Source: Psilocybe cubensis (lineage: Eukaryota). From it: DNA of 64,000 nt. Where the stretch lies: positions 62,001 through 126,000 of the forward strand of contig CM039002.1 of NCBI GenBank assembly GCA_017499595.2, written 5' to 3'. The notes below the pieces were generated by a model. The model worked only from the letters and a program-made list of their open reading frames with translations. It did not search any database and was not told where the DNA came from. Below, in pieces: positions 1 through 13,734 of this stretch (position 1 is its first letter; the number at the start of each line of letters is the position of its first letter). Made by a program: the position numbers and the translations under genes.

Positions 1-3000
1 TGTCGCCATTCCATGCCAAGTAAGATTCGATTGGGGGAAGGGATTGGGATGCGTGAGGGTCTTCAGGGTCTGGGTGAGGGGGAGAGGGAGGGGCATCTTG
101 TGTATGTTTCGTCTTCTGTGTGTTACATCCCATTCTTTACCAGTAATCGGCACCTAGCTTCTTTGTTTCGCCCATCTTTGGTTCTCTTTTTTAACTATTT
201 ATCATACAGGGCCGTTAAACAACAACAGAAGATCATTGTGAATGCGAACACAAACAACAAACGCAATCAGGCAAAGGCGCCCACCACGTGGGGAATGATG
301 TTTCGTAGCTTAACAATGACTGATTGTATGTGGCGCTGGTATCGACCTGTTACGCTCGGCTGTTCTCGTCGAGCCACCATGTATGCGCATACGGGGAGTT
401 GGGTTTAGTGTGTTCATGACCCCCTGTTTATGCCCCCCTCTCTCAGGGATCAGGATACTGATATTCCTCTGCACAATATCTCTGAAGCACAGAGTGCAGT
501 ATTGTTTGGGATGGGACCGTACTAAAATGAAATAATGGGGTGGTTTGTTACGTTCTCCGTAGTATAACGTCTTTACTTGAATCATACACAAAGAAACCTT
601 TGTAATATAGAATTTATATACTCGAGCACCGCATCAATGTCAATACCTCATTCTCAATGTTCCGCATTATCATTCCCGACAAGGGGACACGGACACTCAT
701 GCCACTGTGGCATGGACGCAGCCGCCGTATTCTCAACTTTGTGTCTCACACCCCATACACCCCTCCGTCGACCTCGAACCCTCCCTCGATCTCATCACAG
801 ATATCGTTCGACGATCATCCATTATCTGTCTATTGCTACATTCGATCTCTTGATCCACAATACCTAATTGTGGTAGAACCGCCACGCCAGTAATCTCGAA
901 AGCCAACCAACGCCGGCAGAATACTAGCACAGAATTCCAGGAACCCGGAGGTTCGTTTTGGTGAAGGGGAAACAAAATAGACTTTTTATGAAGCTGTGCC
1001 TCTTCGATATCCAATTCGGCTATTTCATTGTGAGAGCGGTAAGTCGCGTTGTAACACATCATCTTCCTTGCTTTATGTTTTTCCAGCGCTTACGAGTATT
1101 GTAGTGATTTGGAAGATGACGGCGAATTACCCCACGATCAGAGCAGGAACACCGAATTTCTAGTGACTCAACGTGCACCGTTCGAGAACAAATATCTCGG
1201 CCCAACCCTTCGTTACACGGTCGTGCAGTACGAATATGTGAGTAAAAAATTCCCAAGTATCATTTCGTTGTCTTGAATGTGCGCTAACCACTGCTAGCCA
1301 GTTCTTTCTCTGTTCACTCTCCGGGTACATCAATGATAGGGTACTCCCCCGTCGACACATCGTCTTCGAAAAGACGAACTTGGGAGTACCATCACTAGCT
1401 TGTCGCCCTAAGCAACAACAAAGCGATTCAAATTGCCTAACACTCCCAGCTAGGAATACGAGTCGGACACAGGCCAGCAGAATAAGAGGAATAGGCGAGA
1501 AGTGATCAGAAAGATTGGAGCGGGTAGACGTGTGATATCGCGGGTAAGCGACTTTGGTTGACTGTGGCTTTGACCTGCTGTGCTGCAATTCAATCCGCGT
1601 GCTTGTAATTCAATCTTGAACGTTAAGGCCTAAGGTGCACACAGATGGTTTTGGATCATAGTCGTAATTTTATATCTTAATCTTAATGAGTTACCCACAA
1701 AATCACATTTGATCGCTGAGAAACGATACAATTTCACTATGCAAATACACTTATTATTATCATTAATCACCATAAATGAACATGTGAGCTAGGCCGATGA
1801 AGTACAGGTGAATATCGATGTCGCCGTACTCGCAGGAAGTCCGTTGTACAGGCCATCATCCGCAGGTAGTTCAATTGAACTATGGCGCGAAGGACTGCCA
1901 CCAAATCAACAAGAACAGCCACACCACCCACATGTGTAGACTAAACACCCTAAAAGAGGGTGTGCGTATAGGGTGTATACGAAACCACACCTGCTTTGAC
2001 GATACCCGGACAGCGTGAGTGATAGGAAATGTAAAACAATATTAAGTATCGTGCAACACATCACCCAGAGAGGTTGGACGATGAGGCACCTACACACGCA
2101 ATGGACACAGACGTAAATAGGCTCTGAGCGATGGATGAGTCTGCACACGGGAATACACTCTTGCACAAAGTCACAAGTGCCGCGGCGCGTCGACATGCCC
2201 GCTAGGATCGAGGGATAGACCTCCCCCCATGAATGCATATGTGGGTTTGCGAGTCAAAATCAGACCGTGGAATATATGGGAAGGAACAGGTGAGAGTGTA
2301 GTGGCGCAGCAAGACGGTATGAGGTACGCACATGCACCGTGCGATTGCAGCGCAATACTGGGATGTTTCAGATGTTAAGCAGAGAAAGAAGGAGTTGACA
2401 GAGAGAGTAGAGCGGAAGAGGCGGAGAAACATGGTAGTCATATGCAATTAACGAGCTGCACAGAGTCGAGTGGAATCGGGATAAGATGTGAAATTAAGAC
2501 TCACTCAAACGACGGTTCAACAACACCTTCGCCAAGCGACGCTGTACATGATGCTCAGTTTGTCCGATACCGACCATACAATACCACAGTGGAAAATGGT
2601 GCGATGATTTATCAATGTGGGGGTGGAATGGTTAGGATGTGAGCATGAAGGCGGTGGTAGATTCTATGCAGAGGAAACAGTGAGGATATGAATCACAGAA
2701 GAAGACTCACTCGGCTTACACACACGCGCGCACATCCAACACATCCACCCACACCGTCGTTCCGCTTCTCATAGTACCCAATGCATCTACACCAATTACC
2801 CAAATTTGCCGATCACACGCCAACAAAGCACGTATGTGTGCAGATGACACCCTCTTGATCTCGCTCTTGTTCCATACCGGAGTCCGATTTGTAAAGGACA
2901 ATAGTGACGCGGGTTCGACGCCGATACGTGGCTTCTCAAGCAACATACCACCAGTACACAGAAGCGAGGATGCACCAGACGAAGAGGACGGAGACTGCAA

Positions 3001-5930
3001 CGTGGAATCGACAGGTACGAGTGGTGGCTTAAATCTTGAGTCTCAAAGGATTCATTAAGCAGAGTGTGATTGCGAGTGGTGGGGTATCGGGGTGGGCGTA
3101 GATGGCAAGGTTAAAAGTCGGAACCGAGATGAGGAGAGACCGTGTCGATAGCAAAGCGTGTTGATTCGTACTGCCTGTTACGGTGTTTAGCCGTGTTGTT
3201 TGGCGTGTTCGGCCAGCTACATACCCCACGCGATGCCGCAGGCAAAGCAGAATACACCGCCTATGTGTATCGACCAATGACTGTCTCTCCAACTGCTTTT
3301 TCCAAACTCTGCCATTCCAATACAATCTATGAAGTTTTGGATATCACTATGGTATGCCTTATGGATTTTTCCTATGTTACGCTAAACTGATTTTCTCCAT
3401 CTGGGATTCGCTCCAACAGTCATGGTTCCGCAACTGGTCTTGGCTTCTCCAATACATATGGAGATACATAGTCCTGTTTTACGTTCACAATGCACTTGAT
3501 ATTTGGATTAATCGACTTACAATAAGACGGCCTCGGGAGTGTTTCGGTAGGCCATTTACAAGAAGCTTACTGGGAGCCTACACAATGGTTATAAACATGA
3601 ATTTCGTTAGATCATAAATCCAGCACGGCTGACCTTGTCGGTGATGATCCGTCCATGACCAGTATTCTCCACAGGGCCTGCAGCACTCGGAATAAGGCCT
3701 TTAACCGTTGGTGAGAAAATCATTGTTTTGAAGAGCAGTTTACAGTGTTTTCATAATTAACAAAGCCACGGTTCCTCACCGATATACAGAGCACAGCAGC
3801 CTTGAGTTATACGTAGCTATAGACAGATATCGAGCGTTAGGTTGATGCTGCATAGATAAACAAAAGGGCATCCTGGACGTCATTGTTGACAATGCCAGGG
3901 TACTAGTATATGGGAGAATAGAAACAGGATATGACGGTGGTTTAAGCTGTGTACAGTACCGTACGTCTTATATATCAATACGTTGTGTGTAGGTATTTTT
4001 ATGACTCGATATCCGCAGCTTGATTGTGTGTATGGACCCTATGGACGGTATGGACTTGGCAGTCCATTGTCTTGGGCGTTGTCTAAATTAGTAACTAGAG
4101 ATACACACGCACATCTACATCGGGCAATAAAACAGTGGAACTCTTTCTGTTGGACACTAACCTCAGCTACTTTGGTATATAATTCTCAGTTGGTTTCAAA
4201 GAATATGGGACACGAGGAGGATTGATCGTTATTCGACAATCTATAAGCAATATCGTTCAGGTAATCTATAAGAAATATGGTTCAGCTTGATGTAACGTAT
4301 CAGATAGGACACACCATCGGGCAACATTATAAATTATGGGTTTGTTCAGTCCCGAGAAATTGTTGCTAATGTTCATCGGATTCAAACCAGGGCAAACAGC
4401 GTTCTGATCTGACCGCAATCAATAAACACTCTCACCAACGGCGAAGTCTTTCAATCGGAGATCAAACAATGTTGATTTGTGGCTGTGCCGTGAGGCCCAG
4501 ACCGTTTGAACCCTTGCACTTTGTGCTGACGCGCCGCGCCCGATGGCGACTCTTCGACAAGGCTCATTCAAGTTCATATTTCCTTGCGGTTTACACCACT
4601 TACTTGCTTCAATCACCTTTTCTCACGCCTACCAAATGTTTTTTTGTCCGACAATGCGTGTTCGAAAGTCATTGCGAAAGTCAAAGAACTTGAACGGTTA
4701 TAGGCAGAAGAAAGATCGGTCCGGTATACCTTGTATCAAGGAAGGGTGCATGTGGAAAGGAGGTTACTGAGATTTCTTTGTCACTGGTGCGTTGACTCTG
4801 GTATACCACCGATGTGCTGAGATTATGTCCTGGCCGTAGATTTGGAAGTCGTCGATCTCGATCTAAAATCTCATCTGCCCCCTTTTGAACCAAAACAAAC
4901 TGCATGTGCCGCCAACTCGGTCAAGGACTCCTCGTAGATGGCGCCTTGCTTCAGACAGCCACTCGCACAGGCAGCCTCCGTGTATGTCCATCTGCACATC
5001 TGCAATTGAAGGACGCTATACTCCCCCGACCACCATCCGCATTGAGTGGCACACTCGCCGCCTTTCAGTTAAGAATATAATGTATCTGAGGTATCCACTC
5101 GCACACCACGTTCCCAATCACCCACATTGACCGTAGAGCACGTGTCAGCGCAGGAGGTGTAATCTGGGTTTAATACAACGTTAAAAACTACAGCGGACAC
5201 ACACAAAACTGGTCCCGGTGTCTGTTTCTGAGTATCTAGGCCATGAGTAATGCTATGCAGTCTCAGAACAGAGTCACTGACTAATTTATTAGACAAGTAC
5301 ATATGCTGGTATCAAACAACTCACCTAGAGAACACCAAAGTATTCCTATCAAATTCTATATGGATCCTTTGTAGCTGATGCATCGTAAAGAATGTACCAG
5401 CACTATAGCGTTAACAAGACGCACGTTAACGTAGAAGATATTCTGGACTCTGTAAATGAAACTACGTCCGGACCTTTCAAAAATATTTACAAGTGTTTGT
5501 GCTTTACAATTCTTAACGACATTTCAATAGGGATCCGTACCGGTAACTCGAATTCGTTGGAATATGTCGTGGGGTGCCCATGGCTAGATATCGGTGAAAG
5601 GATATTGCATACCTCTCAAGCATCAGTGCTGATTGCTATATCGAATATGTTCAGTTGATCTGACCCGGTCTTGCGTGATAACACATTAATTTGATTAAAT
5701 GGTGAGAATTATGCCTAGATATTGCATGACCTCTATCATATTTCTTTTTCTATTTACCTCGAGAACCTATCTATTCTATCAGGCGACAAATATTCCCTCA
5801 GATGATTTTTCAAGGTGTTTTTTAGACTCTTTCTCGTTGAACAAAAATGTTTTTGAAACTCGGCGAAGCTTGCCGATCATGCCGTGACCAAATCGATACA
5901 AACTGAACAGATGTACCGATAAGATAAATA
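1..5930 (+). repeat. Segmental duplication unit, copy A
   Basis: About 190-1750 matches 18110-19420 and 51360-52890; 1910-3200 is near-identical to 19435-20742; 3200-4990 matches 25744-27550 and 53330-57200 (minus insertions); 5240-5925 matches 58580-59192. Confidence 0.9.
657..893 (+). CDS. Family Y small hypothetical ORF (copies at 10084-10299, 18583-18804 and 51810-52016)
   Basis: All four copies keep the frame M..I.P..G.R.L.PLWH....LSVY.Y from an ATG about 40 bp after a TATA-like TATATA/TTATAAA; the 18583 copy has an in-frame 18-nt deletion. Confidence 0.35.
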   Translation: MFRIIIPDKGTRTLMPLWHGRSRRILNFVSHTPYTPPSTSNPPSISSQISFDDHPLSVYCYIRSLDPQYLIVVEPPRQ

Positions 5931-7361
5931 TTATGTCTGATTCCTTCTACCCAACGTCAGTCCTCCGCTCCCCAACCTCCCTACAAATCACAGGTGCGTC
6001 AGTTTGTTGTTTGTAGATCTGTGATTGGAGTGCTTACTGTTCTATTTCCCTCGCTGTGCGTACGTCGGGCCTCATTCCTTTATACACCACATTTCCATAC
6101 TTGTCTATACGCACTATGCGCTCCGCCCGTTTCCTTCCTTGATTGGCGCCCCCGCTGGATGATCTGGGCGCTCTTTTCCGTATCAAGCTGACATGATGTA
6201 GAAGAATGTCAGATTAAAACAGTCGGTATGTGATTTTTTGAACATGCGCACCATCCACTCCCTGCCTTCCTTTGACACTCGGATCTGCAACCGTTTGTGT
6301 CAGTCCTACAAATTTCGAGAGATGGGAAATCAGAATATACCTTCGAGAATTGCCTGATGATCCGGCATTCCTTGTGGATGTTGGCTCAACGGGCGTGGAC
6401 CCGGAGCCATATAGCTCGTTGCGTCCTTGGTTCTCGGACATTCCATTTTGATGTCTTGTCTCTCCAAAAGCTGGACTCGGCAAGATTGAGGTGTCTTGAA
6501 TACTGTATGCGCCTCCCAAGTACCCCAGACCATCATCTTGCCCATGGTGTGGTACCGGGTTAGGTAGACTCCAGATGGCCCTGTATGGGGTGCCCCTCTG
6601 ATGAGGCAGATTGGTTTGCCGCCTTGATGTGCCCACAGACATATGCTGCTGGAAGGGGAATATTGGTGCAGAAATTGCACCCATTGTGGGCTCGTATACG
6701 ATGTCAAAACTATTGATCGGGGCGTGACTCATTGTGCGCCCGATATTGGAGTCGTTAAAAGACTCCTGACAGGCCACAGAGGAGCTCGCAAACGGTGCAG
6801 CGAGCTCACCCTGAATATTATCCATCTGCACGGAAGTCGGCGGGTGATAAGGAGGATTATCCCATGACATCGCCGCGGGATCGTTAAAATACTCGTTCAT
6901 CAACGTAAGATCGATGTCCCCGAGCTTCGTCCAATCCAACGATAGGTCTGTGACGGGCATTGGTGTCTCTTGTGCGGCTGATTCATGGTTCTATGGATGA
7001 GAGGTGGTTAAGTTGATATACCACATTGAAGTGGGGGTTAGGACACGTACGAGTGGACCATGTGTAACCCCCAGTGTTGGGGACACTGCGTTCCCGTCCT
7101 GCAAACGTTTATCTACAACGTTTGAAATGTCATTTCTTGGAGTAATCCCCCAATATTCAAACATATCGGGGATTAATGGTTGTCGGATATCTGCTGTAGT
7201 ACCATCTACTCCGCTCAGAGGGTAATGGTTTACTGGCAGATTAATGATGTGTATTAGAGTAATGTACATACAACGAGAGTCGCGATCTCACCGGCCTCAG
7301 TCTCATCAGCACCGTTCTGAGCAAGCATGATCTTGGAAGAAATAGAGGTGTTATAGGACAT
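5878..7361 (-). pseudogene. Family X copy 1 (close paralogue of 43763-45307; frameshift in the basic exon)
   Basis: Same exon structure (ORFs 6991-7269 and 6214-6960; intron 6285-6340). One base is missing relative to the 44 kb copy in the KRAPRS..GA exon, giving an early TAG. TATAAA at 7465-7470. Confidence 0.6.
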
Positions 7362-7698
7362 TGTGGGTTTGAATTCGAAGAGGAGAACTGATGGTTCAGA
7401 GATAAAATTCAGTGGGAGCGGATCGAAGTGGGAACTTTTGAGGTGAACAATGGACTGTCAAATCTTTATAACATGAGAAAAAACCCTGAACACGCCTTCT
7501 TCGAGTCATTCCTCAGTGCTGGAATGTCGCTGTGGGAAACAGTACGGTCGGTATCTTTTCATTACACTTCTCAGCTATCTTCTCGTTAAATTGGATGGCA
7601 CGACAGCGAGGATGCCAGACCCAATGACCTCAAGGTATAGACATTTATTAAAAGCTGAGATCATTATGGGTTTGAACATCATTATTTACCTCTAAGCT

Positions 7699-7765
7699 AA
7701 GTTGCGCAGGCATCGAGTATGGAGCACGCGGCAGCCGCGATGTGTACTACACCGGGTAGATCATA
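7699..7765. promoter_or_regulatory. Conserved double-palindrome module about 260-290 bp upstream of the family X TATA box
   Basis: AAGTTGCGCAGGCAT...CA-CGCGGCAGCCGCG-AT-GTGTACTACAC-CGGGTAGATCA. The first palindrome recurs at 14093, 40701 and 45673; the module is degenerate at 49054 and about 30560. Confidence 0.45.
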
Positions 7766-10700
7766 GCGGATAGACAACACACAATACGTATACAGTATGT
7801 CTTTCCCACTGAATCGATAACCTGAAAGCTGTACGGTCCGCCACTTTGTTCACACATATAGTCTCCCACTTTTTCATGTCAAATCCACAACCAAAAATCC
7901 TATTAATACATCATGAGATACTGTAACTCGCGTGAAACTCTACTCACATTTTACCAAAATTCGAGAAAGGTTCATGGCTCACATCGTATTGACCGTGTAT
8001 TCTTTCTAGGACGGCGGTGTCTGCGGAGGCATACATGAATTTGGTTCAAAAATCCACGCCAAATTTACAAGATAGATACACTCATCTCAAAGTTGAGGCC
8101 TGTCCGTCTACACGAGCTCGACCTTTGTGGCGCATTTTGATAAAATACGGCGTTGTTCCATTCCAGCTGCAGATATCCATCCAAAATATAGTAAATACGC
8201 ACCGTGTTACTCAGAGGGGCCATGGTTCAGATCTTCGAGTCGATAAGAAAATTGGACATGTTCCAGTGGACGTGTGGGAGAAATGTTGCGTACCTAATCA
8301 TTTTAAAGCGGCGATTAAACGTCTTTGGCTTCACCATCGACGATAGCTCCCTGCTCGAAACCCACAGCGGTGTTGTCTTTGGGCAGCGCAAGATTTGATC
8401 CACATGGCAGAGCCATATTTCATCTACCCTATGACAGCTATGAGCTCATATCCAACACTTCAGCCACACTGTGTGACTCAATGACTCCAAATGCTCGCAG
8501 CACATACAAAAACCTCCCATCGGCTCCCGTCACCCTTTCGCCTACCTCATCTATTTAAGGCATGTATACATCGAGGTGAGCTGATGTCTTTGAAAAACGT
8601 ATGGTGAGTTGCAATGGCATATATGTAGTGATGCGTTATCCCGTCACCACATTCATCTTACTCCTACTAGCCATCGATCACGTCCTCCTACCAGAGCATG
8701 CACAAGACTTATACATTTAAATCATCTACCTCCTCATAGTCCAAATCAACACACTCTCCCCGGAATCTTCCCCACTCACTTCCCCTCCCGACTCTTTCGT
8801 CAATGACCTGGAAGACCACCACACGCACCTCCCCCAGAGTTCTCTACAGACTCGCCAGCACGACGCGCCATCCGTTTGATTACTTTCTCGACGGATTTAA
8901 ACGTGAGCATGGGGATGCTTGAACGCTTGTGAGCCGGATACGGGGAGGGTTGTGGAGATGGATAGCGTTTGTTGACGTGCAGAGAGAATCATGTCCCTTC
9001 CGGATGTTGTAGCTGGGCTTTTCTCCTTCGGTTAATCTGGTACGTCTGCCTTAATGTCCCTACTATTTATACCCCCGCATCTTTTTTCGACCCCTTCACC
9101 AATGCCCTACAACCTCCGCCTCATTGTAGTTATCAAGGCTCATTGTGACGCCTACACAGTTCCCTACCAAGCCTCCGCTCGACTCCACATTCCCAACACT
9201 TCCATTCCGCTCGACTCCTTGCTGCCTAGGACTCCCCCTTCATCCGCTGCGGCCTCAACATTAGGTATATACGGCCTTACCATTAGATATGTGCTGTGGG
9301 TTGTCAGATATACCGTCTACCAGTTGTATGCAGTCCGTTTCTTCTTTGTTATCTCCGTCTTTGTGTTTCGGGTTGATTTATATATCATGCAGGGCCGTTG
9401 AACGAAAAACAAAATACCAACATGAACGCGAATACAAATACGAGAAGGTAAAGCAGCACACCACGTATGGAGTGAGACTCCCTAGCTAACACCAATCCAT
9501 TGTATGCGGTGTAGGAATCTCCCACGAGGCAGACGAATACGAAATATGGGCGCAGTCAGTGCAGATTATGCACATGTCGTTGAACTCTCGTCGAAACGTG
9601 GAAAAGGAAAGGGAGGGTTGGATGACGGGTTTGACAAAGGCCGTTTCAATTGGCGCGCTTGTGGGAGGTTGATCATGAATGAGTGATTATGGACTATGGA
9701 CACCGTGTCAATGGAAACTCAAACGGATTACTTGTGAGTCGACTAGATGTCTGTAAGCTTCACCACGGCCCTTGAACGATTGCGTCTACAGAACCTGTTA
9801 CGCTCGCCTGCTTCTCGTCAAGGTGGTCATATATGCGCACATATAAACTCAGCCCGTACACTCAGAGACAGGAACACTGTTCTGATTGCGGAGATCAAAG
9901 AGACTTTTATGGACACCTTTGATTGTGGGATGGAAAATGAAAGAGACAATCGGGAGGTTTGTTACGTTTGTTACAGCTTTATGTAAGAAATTTTCAACTT
10001 CGCATGAATTGTAGATAAAGAGACGTTTGTTTTATAAAATTCATAAATTTGATCACACAGTCAATTGCAATCCCCGACTCTCAATGCTCTGCACAATCAC
10101 CCCATACTCGGGGAACCGGAGGCTTACTCCACTGTGGCATGGAGGCAGACACTGGACTCTCAATATGTCCCACGTACACCTCACCCTCGCCCTCGCCCTC
10201 ACCATGGATCTGGAGCTGGTTCAATCACCATCATTATCTGTCTATAGCTACTATCGATACCTCGACACCGCCACTATTCTAGCGACACATCGACGCTAGC
10301 ACCGTAGCAAGTCTTTCCAGTCTACCAATACCTCCACAAAACCCGAGGAACTTGGACGTATATTTGCTGAATAGGCAGAAATCTTGTGGTCAAACACGAT
10401 CCGTTCGTTCTTGGCTGAGTGTAAGTCGTTTGTATCTTCCTTTGTAGAGACATTTAATTGATTGTATTGGGATGAATCATTTTTATCGCCTTTCTTTTAC
10501 AGTGTCTACGTACGAACCTCATTGAGAGATAGCAGACGATGCTGAGCCCACTTGCACCCCCTGCTCCGCGGCCTCAAAACCAGAAACATGGAAAACAAGA
10601 TCGATAGTTACACCACATATTGAACGGCGACATCGCACCACAATCTAACATGATTGGCAAAGCTACCGCGACAATATCCTCATCCATTATCTGCTCTTCT

Positions 10701-12239
10701 CATAGAGGTCAAGCTTCAAGATGCACTCAACGAAAATCAAAGAGGATGGAGAGAAAGAGAATACCTCTACAGCGTGCGATACAAAACGTGAGTACTCTGA
10801 AATTATTTTTGAGTGACCTTTTTGCTGTCCTGTGTGTCTGATCGGATATCGCTATGTCCAGACGCTGTGTTATCTTAATGAGAGGTGGTTGAATCTGACT
10901 AATAACTCTTGATCTGTCAAGGTTTAATACTATGCTGAGCTCGATAATAAGAAGTAGAAGGTTTTATCTTCCTGTTATTGGTATTCACTCGATGCAACAT
11001 GGAAATATGCACAGTTAGTTTGGGATTGTAATACCTATAATCATTCGTCTTATTGAAATTCATTCTGAGTTAAATGGCGCACAAAATCAGCCTTGGAATC
11101 TGAGTGACGTTACAATTTCAAGATGCCGATACACATATTATTATCACCTTTGGATGAACACATGCGCTAAAATGAGGCATGGAGACATATCATACTCACG
11201 GTTCTCAGAGGATGTCCGTTGTACAGGGGTACCGTATCGGACATCAACCACAGGGTCAGATTACAAGTAATTTCATTGAAATACGACGCAATGGATGGCC
11301 ACCAACGAACAAATCACCCTCTATATCTATGCAACACCCGCATGCGTAGAAGAAAAATGGCCTACGTATGCGGTGTGCATGAGATCACAGATGAGATACT
11401 ATGCGCACACGTTAGTGAAGTTACATTGAAACTGAACAACAGGCGCCCGAGCTGATTAGGCTGGATATCAATGACATGGGTGATAGAAAACACTGCCCAT
11501 ATCATATCACACGAAGAGGATAGACGGAGAGGCCTCCGGAATAAGACTGTGCATACACAGACACGTATCTGAAGGGACTGAGCAATCTCGGCACGCATTG
11601 CTTTGACTTTGTCCCAGTAGCTGTCTTTTGAGCTCTGAACATCCAGAGGTCACGGACAGTCGGAGTCAAGAAGAGGCGGAAATCGAGGAGTATTCATTAG
11701 CATTGGGATAATATATTACATTATGAGTTACCCAACCGAGGGTTTAAAGATGGTACTCTCAAAACTACATCGTACCCTGATGCTCAACCTGAGGCATATT
11801 CTGCGTGGAGGGATACGGAGGGGATACGAATCAAAGAATGAAATTCACATGGCTTATGCACACGCACACATACAATTCCTCCATCCGCCCTCTCGCTCTG
11901 CATCTCAACGGGCTCAGAACACATAAATCCTCACACAAATATACAAACCTCACAGCCCAACTATGCACGTTTATGCACTGATATAAGTATTCGTGAGTCT
12001 CTAACGCTTAGTATCACCCTCTTTTGCTTGATGCTGTTTCCGACGGATAATGCGGCGGGTTCGATTCCAATATATCCCATCACGGGAAACATATAACCGG
12101 TAGGCACAAGCGGTACTGCACCACATGAAGAGGACTGGGAACTTAAAGCAGGATATGAGGGTTCGATATTGAGCCTTAAAAGATTCACTAAGTCAGAGTG
12201 CGCACTGCAATGCTTTTTTCCCACACTCAATCCAGCTTG

Positions 12240-13734
12240 CCGACAGTGCCGTGACCAAATCGATACAAATTGAAAAGATGCTACGATAAGATAAATATTT
12301 TCTCTCTGATGATCATTCTATCCGACGGTGGTCCCCCGCTCCCCAACCGCTTTGTTCTATGCCCTACGAATTACAGGAATCACTGGTACTGTCAGGATAA
12401 AAGGTGCGCGAGTCAGTTCATTATTTGTAGACCTGTGATAGGAGCGCTTACTTTTCTGTTTGTTGTTTTGTGTCGGGTCTCATGCCTTGATACACCGGCT
12501 TTCCAGTGACTCGGTCTATGCGTACTTTACGTACGAAGGCCCTGTGTACAACCCGGGGACCCCTTTTGGGTGCCACTCTGCCATCATACGAAAACATGTC
12601 AAATCCATCCTTGGTGCGTGAATTTCAAACATACTCACCTTCTATTTCCTTGTTCTTGTTGAGGCTCGGATCTGCAACATTTGGCATCAGTCCCACAAAT
12701 TTCGAGAGATGAAAAATCGGATATACCTTCGAGCATTACGTGATCCAGAGGCCCCTTTGGAAGTCTGCTCTACGGGAATAATCCCGGAGCCTTCCACGCC
12801 TTGGAATTGCCCTTGCTCGGACATTGATATTTGATTTATCATCTCTCCAGATGGAGGGATGCGCCAGGTTGGATTGGATTGTAGATTGGGAGCGCACTCT
12901 ATGTGGTGTGATGCTGGGTTATGTTGGGTCTCTATGAGACTGTACGGGGTATACGTGTGATGAGACATGCCCCTTGGCTGTCTTGATGGGCCAACAGAAA
13001 GGCATCGCGGGAAAGGGGTCATCAATACAGGATTTCGACTAAGTTGGGTCTTGTGTTCCGGTTCAAAAGTGTTAACCGGCCTCTGAAACTCATTCCTGGA
13101 CATGGAGCTGAAATGTAATCCTGATGACTCTCCGTATGCACGGTGTGCAAAATCTGAGTATACAGCATGGGGAGCCTCATTAGTTGAGCTGCTCATAGTC
13201 ATAGCAGCCGGTGTGCGATAGGAAGCTGTGTTCAAAACGCCCTCCGTAGGATTGACCAGATATTCATTTAGAGAGGAAAAGTCAGAGTCCCATATTTGCG
13301 CTAAATCCTGGGACGTGTACGGGACCGCAGATGGTACACCTGGTGCCGCGGAATGGTAAACAACATCCAACGCGGCATTATCGAGACTCAGTAGTCCTTC
13401 CTGCAAATTGTCGTTACCGCCATGGGTTTGGGGAATTGAGTTAAACACCTGAATATCTTGTTCTGCAGAATTTTGTGAACACAGGCTGTGAGGAAAGGGA
13501 TAGAAATCCGTACCAGGCATGTAATATTCTTGGAAAACTGAGGGGAGTAACAGTTCATTGATTCCTCCTTCGAAACCGTGGAATGCGTCTAGATGTTCAC
13601 GGCAGCTATCTATTCATCCGTTAGCCCAATGCACTTGTACTGACCATAACGGTCTCACCAGTGGTACTGGTTCCTTCAGATTCGCTCTGACTGAGCAAAA
13701 TATTTGAAAAATTGAAGATGTTGGACTGGGACAT
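12240..13734 (-). pseudogene. Family X copy 2 (variant N-terminus MSQSNIFNFS; 277-aa ORF 12687-13520)
   Basis: Shares the ..NARR|gtat splice junction, the 3' CCGTGACCAAATCGATACAAA..GATAAGATAAATA block and the upstream module; 3' exons degenerate. Confidence 0.5.

Noticed and set aside
7727-7762. Canonical Helitron 3' end (hairpin plus CTRR) for the family X upstream module
   Set aside because: No CTRR at the expected distance, and similarity among copies continues past the hairpin.
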